Shown: positions 1 through 10,899 of the stretch, one piece after another
How positions within the stretch are numbered: position 1 is the stretch's first letter
Layout of the letters: each line of letters opens with the position of its first letter
From: Paragordius varius
Taxonomy: Eukaryota > Animalia > Nematomorpha
Assembly (NCBI GenBank): GCA_964247055.1
Contig: OZ176052.1
Coordinates: 5,332,001-5,396,000 of the forward strand
Reading direction: 5' to 3'
DNA: 64,000 nucleotides
Made by a program: the position numbers and the translations under genes
Notes under the pieces: generated by a model
What the model was told of the DNA's origin: nothing
The model's database searches: none
Seen by the model: the letters and a program-made list of their open reading frames with translations, nothing else

Positions 1-9
1 CATTATTAG

Positions 10-2410
10 TGTTCTCAACTATGGTGCTTTAGGGAGTGTTATTGGGCATGAGATTTTTCATGGAATAGATCTTATTGGTATATATTGGATTTAAAAATTT
101 TTTGATAGCTAATGAAGTATTAAATGTTTAATAAGATTAATAACTGCTATTTGCTCTGATAAATTTTTAAAACTAAAATATATTATAAGAAAACCTTAGT
201 AAAAGTAAATCATAAAACATTTTTGAAAGCAAGTAGATTATACTCGTTAACCGTATTCGTCGATTCGTTCGGTTTTAGATTTAAAAAAATTTTCTAGTTT
301 CATAAAAAATGAAATAAATTCAATTTGCTTTTAATAGGGACAACATGTTTTTAATGACAAACAACTAAATTTTCATAATTAAGTTTCATCAAATCTAAAT
401 TTTATACCATTAATTTATGAAAAATTCATTTATTGGTTTTTTTAAAATCAGTCAAAATTACATTAATAATTACTTCTTTGTCAGACTCAGTCCTAGTTAT
501 GGTTTACTCATATTTATAAAATATAATATTTTCTTTATGGCTTATTTTTTTTAAAAAAATTTTTTTCGATTATATTGCTCTAATTTAATCTCATAGTATC
601 GAAAATATTTCTTATTTTCAAAACTGGATATGATAAAATTTAAATATTAAGTAGTTAATATATTGCTATATTGTTTAACTTTAAAGTTTAAATCATTATA
701 ATAAGTTCTATTACTATATTTTAAAAATAGGGTTTCCCCTTGATTTTGATGGTAACAATGCGAATTACAGTCAATCTATGTATGATACTTACTTGGAAAA
801 AATACAATGTTTTTACCGACAATATGAAAATTTTATCGATCATAATATACGGGTATGGAATAATAAGATTCATTTAAATTTTGTTGATATGCCTAACAAT
901 TTTTGTTCATATTTAGCAAAATGGAATAAATACGGCTAGAGAAAATTTACCCGACATATATGGTTTGAAAGTTGCATACAAGGTATCTTACAAGTTATTT
1001 ATATTTAGGTTTGGTTAGCTTCTGAAAATCGGACGAAAACAAAATTGGAAAAACAAAAGTTTTTGTTAGCTTTTACCCAGGTATAAAAGATTTAAGATGG
1101 TATAGATTGGTGTCGCCTATAAATTTCGCTTGTATCCATTAATGATTTTACATTTACATTTTACATTTTTATGTTTAGCCTTATTGTGGAGTCAAAACAT
1201 ACGAAAAGAAAATAATGGATAAAGATGGAGATGTCCATTCAGCTCCTAAATTTAGGTTAGTAAGGAAATATTTCACAAAAGTAAAATTAACTATTATTTA
1301 TTTGTTCCAGAAGATAAATAAAAGACAACAAACTAAGTCCTACATTTAAAAATGCCAACAATAAATTTTTTTATTAATAACGGAACTCCATTTTGAGTTC
1401 CGAAACTTGTGTATTATTTTTATCGTGTTTCATTATACTTTTATTTTTTATATAAAATTAAAAATATTATTTTATAAATTTTCGTATGGTCGTAATAAAG
1501 TTACTAAATTATGTTTGTCTAAAATTAGTTTTTACAGATTGGCTCCTTAAATTTTTTCTTTAATATCTTGCGATCCAACCTTCGGGAGATGAAGAAAAAT
1601 ATAAGCTTTTAAATTTATAATATGCCAAAACTAGTTGTTATAGATTGTATCCTTACTCTAAAATTATAAATATTTTAGTTATTATTTTATTTAATCAAAA
1701 AAGCTAATGTACTTCTCTATCTCACGCACCGAACGAGTTAATCACATGTTTTTAATGCCAAGAGTTTTGAAACCAGCGCTTAAAACAAAGTGTTTTACAT
1801 TTTGATATGCCATAATAATATTTTTACTTAATTTTATAATTTACTTTTGGTAATACCTCTAAATCCTTATTTTTGCTCAGGAGCATTAGTTTTTAAATAA
1901 TTAAGATATAGAAACCCTTCACAGATATGTATTTTACTATTATTGGTTTTGTATATTTTAATTTTGTTAAAAATTGTAATCCTTGAGTTTATTTTCCTTA
2001 TTATTGATATTTTTTAGTTGGACTTTACCCAATTAATTTATGGTACAAAAAATCTCGAGATAGAGAATGAATATTTGTTTTAGGCCCTGTTTTTTTCTGA
2101 ATGTGATTCTATAAATGTAGAGATTCTTTTTCTTTTAAACAAAATATTTAGTTATATAAATTAAGTTAATATCAAATATTAGCTAAATATTTTAAAGTAA
2201 TGGAAATAATACCGGTCTAACCATTATATTTATAAGTATGTTTTTGTTTTTAGAAAGATAAATTTTATTTGTATGAACTATAGTATGTGTTGATTTAATA
2301 TTATAAACAGAATTCTTGGTGCGATGCAAAACTTTGATGAATTTTCACATATTTGGGACTGTGATACATGTTATAAAAAAGTAAATCCACAGTGCAAATT
2401 ATGGGACTAA
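10..2410 (+). CDS. Neprilysin/ECE-like M13 zinc metallopeptidase, C-terminal part (5' end lies outside the window). Exons 10-77, 731-852, 917-982, 1009-1080, 1179-1255, 2311-2410
   Basis: Spliced translation: VLNYGALGSVIGHEIFHGIDLIG (HExxH), QCFYRQYENF, ENLPDIYGLKVAYK (ExxxD), QKFLLAFTQ, HSAPKFR, ILGAMQNFDEF...CKLWD*. This is the canonical M13 C-terminal motif order. All introns are GT-AG and phases are consistent. Confidence 0.92.
1312..1445. mobile_element. Short palindromic MITE copy in a neprilysin intron
   Basis: CGGAACTCCATTTTGAGTTCCGAAACTTGTGTATTATTTTTATCGTGTTT matches the arms of the element at 49136-49304. Confidence 0.55.
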
Positions 2411-2699
2411 ATAGTGACAATATAATATTCTATACAATATACATATATGTAGTAGAAATAAATTAGGTAATGCATTCCAACCGTTGAATACATATTGTGT
2501 TGTATAAATATACATTTATGATAATGTTTCCAAATTTCAACAACATCTATGCTAGATCACATTCAAACTACACAAATTTTAATATTAACCTTTTCAATAA
2601 AATTTATATAATCGATGGTAGGGAAAATACAACTTTTTTATCGGAAATAATTAAAAAACTTTAAAATACAAAAACTGTTAGTTATTCCCTCTTTGAAAT

Positions 2700-3845
2700 A
2701 CGTTATTTCGTAAACATGGGATAAACTTCAACTGTATACGTGGACCCTCTCGCCAAAATTTCACTTTTGATTTTACAAGAGTGGGTTAGTAGAATTTTCT
2801 TTGATTTGATTCTTACAATAAAAAAACATTCTTTTCATTCCTTTCTTTCCCATTATACCCCTAAATCTTTAAGCTTTTACCAGATTTCTTAAACTTTTAA
2901 AAATGGGTTTTTTAAGAGATCAGTCCACAACTTTTAACTGTCATGTTTGCCTATTTAATAGGATATAGACCAGGCACCACACATTTACGTTAATTGGTAT
3001 TTAGTAATTATGCTGTCCCTATTGCTATACGTCGCTGATATCGAAACATATCATATTGTGAATTGAATAAAAATGTTTAACCAATACTTTCACTGGTCTG
3101 CCTAAAATCATATTGGGTTTGTTTTGTTGGCATTGAATATATAAAGCCACATGAATATAATCCTTGAACCAGTTATTTGTAAATGAGCCTGATCAAATGG
3201 CTTAAAGTGGAGATGGAAAATAGAGGCACCATTTTTCAGGACGATAAAATTTGTAGTATTGTAGATACTTCCACATGTTTAACATGGGAATAATTTGAGT
3301 CGCTCTATGGCTCATTGACATGGCTCTTTCCAATATCCCCCGCCATCAACGTAGTGTCAACATAAAACCTTAAATTAGGGACTTCTCTTATTTATTTGAT
3401 TAGGGTGTGATCTCTTTATTCATTGACTTATTTCATTATCATTTGTCAATCAAATGCAAAACAGATATAAAAGGGACATCATTTCTCAAATACTTTATGC
3501 TTAGAATATGAATATTTTTAGGCTAATTGGTGGCATAAAAGCATTCTTACGCATAGATTAATGGGAATTTAGTTTTCCCTAACTCCACTCTATTTAATCT
3601 TAGGCATTCATGGTTGATTGTATCAAAAACAGGCGTATAATAATGAAAATATATATAAATCGATTTGATATTCTATTCATATTAATATTTTGGGTTACTA
3701 AACAAAATTTTTTTCGAAAAAATGAAATCATTCATTGTAAAACCGCATACATAATCCGTTTTTATTTTAATCAAGCTAATTCCAACTATGCCTGATAGGT
3801 GAGGCATAAACACCAAATGATGTACAATTTATGCACCGACTAAAA
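2700..3845 (-). mobile_element. Highly decayed mariner-like relic between the convergent neprilysin and AP1M1 3' ends
   Basis: Mariner-type TIR remnant (reverse complement TAGTCGGTGCATAAATT near 3825-3843), GC content above the flanks, and broken transposase-like fragments on the minus strand (KVLC, YRPEK). No intact ORF. Confidence 0.35.
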
Positions 3846-4106
3846 TACTATTCATTGAACTAATTTATGTTAAATAATTTGAATTTTTTTAAATTAAATT
3901 TAAATGTGAATCGGTAATATTTTTTAAGATACCGTCTAAACTGTAAAGAAATTGGATGAGTGACTTTTGGATATAGTTTTAACATATACGCAATGCAAAA
4001 TATTAATAATTTATTATATAGAAATTATAAAATATATTAAAAAATAATTAAATTAACAAATTGGTCATGGGAATGATAGAAATATGTGCTATATTAAGTC
4101 AAAATA

Positions 4107-7100
4107 TTATATTGTGCGGATTTGATAATCGCCATTTTGTGTAATATATCGTACCCATGGCAAAGCTTGATATCCACTCTTTTCAATAATTTTAAGGTAT
4201 CTTACCTGTAAAAATCATATAATTTAAATTTTAGTTTTATTGAGAATATTAAAAATATTGAAAAGGGACGTCTTTTTATTTTAATTGCTTGTTGTGCCAA
4301 AGTATCTTAAAAGGAAAAATATGACCTAAAATGAATAAATCACACTAAATTAACACATCAAAAATATAATTTAATGTGGACAAAATATATCTAAATTTAT
4401 TATTAAATTTATTAAATAATATCAAATTTTAAATTAAAAACAAAGAGATTTTTAAACAATCATTTATAAACAAACAAACAAACCTGGATGCCAGAAGTTG
4501 TAAAATAGGGTATTTCAAATTTAACATAGATTGGGATTTTGCCTTCAACATCTTCAGATTCCACGCTGGGGAGATTAAAATGCGCACGCATTATATATTC
4601 TTTACCACCCTTTATAGATATGATTACTATTTAAAACCGAATATAATAAATGGTTTTGTTATATATATATATATATATAAATATATATATAAATATATTT
4701 CATAATAAAAATACTATTTTTTGGATACCTTTCCAAATACAAAAAAAATGTTAAAGGGCAATAAAATAATTGTATTCTTAATTTATTATGTCGACTAAAA
4801 TTGTTCATCCAATAAAGTATTGAGATAAAAAACATTTTGTCAGCGAAATGTTGCTTATTTTAATTTTACTATTCATCCACCAATAAAAATGGCAAAAAAT
4901 GACTAAATATGATATTATTCAAAAAAATCAATCTTACAGGAAAAGATTTGATAAACCATATAAAACTATTTTGTTCAGGGACGTATTTGACACTCCCGAC
5001 CCCGGCTTTAAATTTGGGTGAATCGGCATCGTGTGGAACTTTTATTATTATTTCAATATTGTTTGCCGTTGAACGACGTTTGAACTGACTTTTTGCCTAA
5101 ATAAATTAAAATATATTAGAGGTTGTAGAATTTGTTGTTTATCATAGCCTTGAAATTTTATATAGCATTTACTCCTTTTTATCGAACGGGCAAATGAATT
5201 TTAAATATCAGTAAAGAATAAATTCAACCATTTTTATATTTTTTAAAAATTTATAGTTTTCAGAGTAGCATATTACATCCCAATTCTAGAAGTATATAAA
5301 AATTGGGGCATTTTCGTATATGCCAAAACATTGTCGTATTAAATGGTAGAATAAAATCGTAGAATATATATATTAACCTTAATCATATATTCCACACGAC
5401 TATGGCTATGCTTTTCAATAACACTTTCTATCCATATTAAGGGTTTAACATGCGTATGCAGTCGATAAGACATTAGTTCGAATTCTCCATCCGGAGGGAT
5501 AAAGCTTATAGTTCGATCATTTTCGAAACGTGATAGCCGAACACATTGATGAAATTTTACATCTTCCAAATCAACGGCTTTTGTTTTCCCACCTAAAACA
5601 TAATTACATACATACTATTTTATAGATGTATTTTAAAAATTTCTTTTAAGATTATTATTTTTAATATAGTTTTTATACAAATCTGCGGAATGTTAAATGC
5701 TAAATCATGTAATCCAATATATAATCCCCAAATTAGCGACGCGTTCATGATTCTAGCATTTTTTAAAAATACATTATTAAGCTTTTCCCATGTTGTGGTC
5801 TTTGTTCTATATAATTAACTATTGCCGGGGTGTGCGACACAGACGTGGGCCGTATTTTTGACTAAAATAATACGGCCAGACGCATTTTAAATTTTAATAA
5901 AAATTTTATTGGATTTCACACATAAGACCGTAAAATGCAAACATAATATAACAATTTCGTTGCCAATCAGATAGATTAATCGGAGTACTTGTTGAATAAA
6001 TATCAATATTGCTAAAATTTTGAGAGCATATTTTGCAAATATCAATTGCCAAATTTTTAGCAAGGGGCATGTTATCTAAAACTATCGCCCGGATATTGAT
6101 TTTCCCGACTTTTAGTTTGAAATGACTAAGACCCCATATCGATAAAAATCTTATATGCGATCATTTACTCCTAAATTTCAATGGCTATTGTGCATCATAT
6201 TCTGATATGTCAATTTAATACCGTCTTGTTGGCTTTACAAATGCTGTGATTATGTGTGCCACAATTATTACATGCACGCGAACATTCGGTTCTTATAATT
6301 ATTATTGCAAGGGGGACTGGTTTTGTAAATTAGTGTGGAGAAATACAATATACTGATTAATATGGAATTAAAGAAATATATCGCATTCTTATTCGATGAT
6401 AACTAAAGTAAAAGTTTAAATCGATGAAAACAAAGTGGGAGACGTTGAAACTGTGCTTTCAAACAATAATATGCCGCTAATTTGTGGAGACTAGAATGGA
6501 ACGCAATAACTAAAATTTACATATTATATACATAAAAACATGATAAATCAGGTTATTATAAACACAACAAACCGATTTTAGCATTTCCCTGATACCATTT
6601 AACTATATCAAACTTTTAAAGTAATTTTAAAAATTTATGTTACGAAATATAGTAATATGTGTCTTACATTGTGATTGGTATTTAAACATAAAAGCTATAA
6701 TTCAGCATTATAGCTCTTTTAATTTACATATTAATATACAATTTCTATTAATGATCTTATAATTTAATAATCCAAAGAGACAATCAACAATAATAATATA
6801 AGAAATGATATTTTTATTATTAAAAAAGAATAGATGAAAACCTATAATTTTAAAAAACCAAATATTATTTAACATTATTTATTGTAATCATATAAAAATT
6901 AAAAATTTATACACTTAAAAAATTTATGACATAATTAACAAGAGAAAAGCTTATCTCAGAGGCATTTCTTTCCAAAAATCGTTAATTGATATTTCTTATC
7001 AAAAATCAAAAAATAAAATTTATTATATGATTTTAATTATTATGGAAAATATTTAAAACGTGGTGACCTCCATTTTTATAAATATAAGGATAACTAGTTG

Positions 7101-8247
7101 TATAAATATATGGGAAAACACTTGTTATTCATTAAAATGCATATTAGCAAATAAAATTTACAACCAAAAACTATTAAAGTCAAAAGATATAATAGGTAAA
7201 AATATTTACGTCCAGTATTTTCAAACAAAATTTTGTCGTTTAATCCAAGACGTAATTCAGGCATGCCTGACAAAAAAACGCGCATTTTGATAGAGCCAAC
7301 AATTTCGCTTTGCAAAACATTTCCAGTTGCACTCACCTAATTATATAAAACAAATTTTTTGTAAGTAACAAATTAAGAAAGGTTATTTATTATAAAAATT
7401 AAGGTTTAAACTCAAAAAATCTAAATTTAAATATATTAACTATTATGATTTTAAATATGCAAAAAAAACATAACAGATTTTCGTAAAACACCATTAACAT
7501 AGAAACCATTTAGAAATAATCCGATCACAATTATTAAATTAAGCTAATGAATGACCTGAACTTTAAAGGGTAACAAAATAAACCTATATCCAAATTAGCG
7601 AAATGAATGAAATTTTGGGATTAATGGTATTGAAATATTAAAATTTTTTATTTAATACCAATAAATTAATTGATTCAATGACATCCAAAAACACTTCATT
7701 TTTCCGATATTTGATTCCTTCCTTGCGCCAAGATACAGCGTTTGTAACAGCCATAGGTGGTCTTGGAATTACTTCTAATTTACGACTTTCTTGGGTAATA
7801 TACCTTTTATTGTAAAAAAATAATACTCTTGTAAAATTTTGGTGTCCGTTGTTTGTGGAAACCCGAAATCCATAACTTCATCCAAAAGTTCGTATATCAT
7901 CACAAAATTATCCCTAATACTTTCTTCTTCCAAGTCCCGAAAATATTCGACAAATATTTGGGCCAATTTATGCAAGAACACAAATATTAAACCAACATTT
8001 GCATTCTTTTTCGTTACTGTAACGACTATCAATTAAATAACAAAATACGGTATAAATTATTGTATTTTATATATGGAAAGGTAACATCATTGGTGCTAAC
8101 AATAGGAATCAGTTTTCCTTCGTCTTCACTATCTGATATTAATGGTATGAATTTATCGATAATATTTAGATCCACATCTCCACGATAATTTCTGGATATT
8201 AAAACTTTTCCTTTTAGATCGAGTATAAAAATAGCTGATGCTGACAT
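4107..8247 (-). CDS. AP1M1: AP-1 adaptor complex subunit mu-1, 422 aa. Exons (minus) 8049-8247, 7827-8025, 7659-7803, 7210-7336, 5378-5592, 4938-5096, 4484-4609, 4107-4205
   Basis: [24 protein letters not shown]...[29 protein letters not shown]...[33 protein letters not shown]...[32 protein letters not shown] is near-identical to metazoan mu1 adaptin. The CDS totals 1269 nt and stays in frame only if the two 23-nt introns are removed. Confidence 0.97.
6070..6330 (+). mobile_element. Rearranged mariner transposase fragments in AP1M1 intron 4
   Basis: [12 protein letters not shown] (compare YSPDLAPSDF) is followed by VHHIL...CVPQLL (compare VHHIL...WVPxLL), with stops and out of native order. 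Confidence 0.4.
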
Positions 8248-8464
8248 TAAAAAACTGAGCACATGTTTTATATTACTACTGAAAAAAGCATAATTTTTTA
8301 CCGTCGAATTTTATTGCTTTTTGTTCGTTTAAAAAAACCAAATTTTATGTTATTGTGTTTAGATTAACACATTTCATTCTTATAATGTTAAATACTTTGA
8401 ATTCTTATTTTACTTGCCAATTGTGGGTACAATTTCATCTTCATATAAAATAATTGGATATCGC

Positions 8465-8486
8465 TAACAAACACAAAAATATCATG

Positions 8487-8518
<32 letters not shown>

Positions 8519-9200
8519 CGGAAAATGTATAGGGATCAGTATTGTTCCTTTAGTTTTAGTCCGCATGGGTGATATTTATTCATCCCAACTTCTGTGGTAA
8601 CTCCATATAAGAAATGGCAAATTTTGCGCACATTTTGTTAAATAATTTTTTTTGGTGAAAGCTAAATGATTAATTCTAAAATATATTTCTAAAATTTATC
8701 ATGTACATATAAAAGGCAAAACGATATTTATTATCAGAAAATTTTAAATTTTACATGGGGGTTACGAATGTCTCAAATTTTTGGACTGTCCAAAATGGTT
8801 AAGTTCTCATAACATAAAGACGAAGGGGCAGGATTGTGCTATAAATTTATATGCTAAAATTTCACATCAAAATATGTTTTTTCCGAAAAAATGAATATGT
8901 TGATTAAAAATTTAATTTATAACAATTTGGGCGAGTTTTATGGCATTTTGAAGCATAACGGTACCTTAAAGATATTACATAGAGATTTTTTCATATCATT
9001 TGATGTTTATCATTAATATGAACTCAACAATTTAAAGGATCGTTTGCTGTTAAATTTAGTAAATATTTGTAAAACAAACTTTATAATTAACACAAATTTG
9101 AAGACTATAAATTAAATAAAAATTTTGAAGTGCAAAAAATGTTCAACATCACTAAAAAATCTATCCATGGGCGTTTATAACGTTTCCATCACGACTCGAC
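8465..9200. mobile_element. Truncated copy of the ~1.1-kb foldback (Transib-like) element family, immediately upstream of AP1M1
   Basis: Shares the (TA)n arm, TGTGGTAACTCCATATAAGAAATGGCAAATTTTGCGCA and TTGAAGCATAACGGTA blocks with 15062-16203 and 50640-51730. Confidence 0.6.
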
Positions 9201-9634
9201 AATGAAGAAACCAAACAAAATTTTGATAAAATTTTAATCTAAAGTTTTTTTAAAGTTTTCAGATTTTATAATCTAGCATATTTATATTTTGTCGCGTTAC
9301 TTAAGAGGACCATATTAAAAGGGCGAAAAAGCTTAAGGAGCTATTAAAATTTTATAATAATATTATGCTTTTATAGTATATAATATATTTTGGTTCTTTT
9401 AGGTTAGAACATCAGGTTATTACCAGAAAAAAGCAAATAACATTCTCCTAAACTTGTAAGCCTTAAAACCCAAAAGCACATGTGAATCCTGATATATTTA
9501 TCAAAAAATATATATTTTTTATCTGGATCTTTTTTTACACATTTCAATGATATCACATCTAATTAGATGATGTCCTTTTTGATGTGATTATGTCCGAAGT
9601 TACTCAAATTCAAACAATTTGTAAACTTTTTGAA

Positions 9635-10735
9635 CACTTCGATTTAAATTGGGGTATCTAAATACCCCAGGTAACATATAATTTGATATTTTTAAAACTA
9701 CTGAAAGAAACGGTCCTAATTTAAATTTATGCTTGTATCCTCATAAATATTAAATAAATAACCCGAAATATCTCAAAAAATTTAGTTTTGAAAAAAAAGT
9801 TCCATATCAAACTACTTAGGCGACATTTTTATATTACAACGTTTTTGCAAAATATCCTGTTTATTTAATTTCTTAGCTAAAGCTTATTTTTATTTAACAC
9901 TTCGATTAAATTTGGGGTATCTAAATACCCCAGACTAAATTTGAGTTTGGATATTTAAAAAACTACTGAATGAAACGGTCCCATTTTAAATTTATGCTTC
10001 TATTCTAATAAAAATTATATAAATATGCCAAAATATCCAAATAAAATTTTGGTTTGAAAAAAAAGTTCTATGTCAAACTACTTCGACGCCATTTTAATTT
10101 TACAAATTTTTGCAAAATATCGTCTTCATTTGATTTTAAGGGTAAAAATAAAGCTAATTTTTTATATTAATCACATCTAACATTGATAAAAATAGAAAGA
10201 GCGGTTTTTTTGTATTATTTTTCAATATTATCATTGCATACATGTCACGTTGACTAAATTTCTACCTTACGGTTTTAGCTTAAAATAAGTGATATCAAGT
10301 ATTTTTGAATAATTTTTTTATATATTTCGGTTTATTAATGTTATAAAAGTGCAAAATTTTGCCATGGTTTTGATTCCTTCCATATTTTTAAAAGAATTTA
10401 ATTTTACGACCTGGGGTAAACTACCCCAATTTGAATCGAAGGACTAAAATGAATGTGCTGTATCCAAGTGTTAAATCACATCTAAAACAGAAAAAGTGGT
10501 TTATTTTGTAATATTTTTTTATTTAGCTAATGCACATATGTCAGGTTAATTAAATTTCTACCTTTGGGTCTTACCCTAAAATAACTATTTGAATATTTTT
10601 TTTATATTTCGGTTGAATATTTGCCATGGTTTCAATTCCTTACATATTTTTTGGAGTATTCATTTTAAACAGGCCAGGGTATCCAACTAACCCATTATAA
10701 TCGAAGGACTGAAATGAATGTGTTGAATCCAAGTG
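9635..10735. mobile_element. ~550-bp TIR MITE (CACTT...AAGTG ends) carrying a second copy of itself at 9898-10470
   Basis: Arm order is L-L-R-R. The inner copy is flanked by TTAA at 9894-9897 and 10471-10474. A further single copy lies at 53452-53928. Confidence 0.75.
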
Positions 10736-10899
10736 CTAAAGAACTGAATAAAAGCGCGGCCATTGATGTATTCCTACGGATAGGCCATAGTAGTAAATAA
10801 GAGTTAAATTAAATAATTAAATTAGAGTCGCTTTTTTTCAAAAAATCTCCTAAGCAATGGGTAAATTACGTAAAAACGACGAAAACGTTTAATTAATAT

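Noticed and set aside
1093-1130. Possible fossil copy of the neprilysin 'VAYK' exon in the 98-nt intron
   Set aside because: Only ~12 nt of similarity, which is within chance expectation.
7060-8036. Plus-strand ORFs 7060-7290 and 7839-8036
   Set aside because: They are antisense to AP1M1 exons.
7775-8262. AP1M1 as a frameshifted pseudogene or a programmed frameshift case
   Set aside because: Both frame breaks are fixed exactly by removing 23-nt GT...AG segments, and the rest of the protein is highly conserved with no lesions. Splicing is the simpler explanation.
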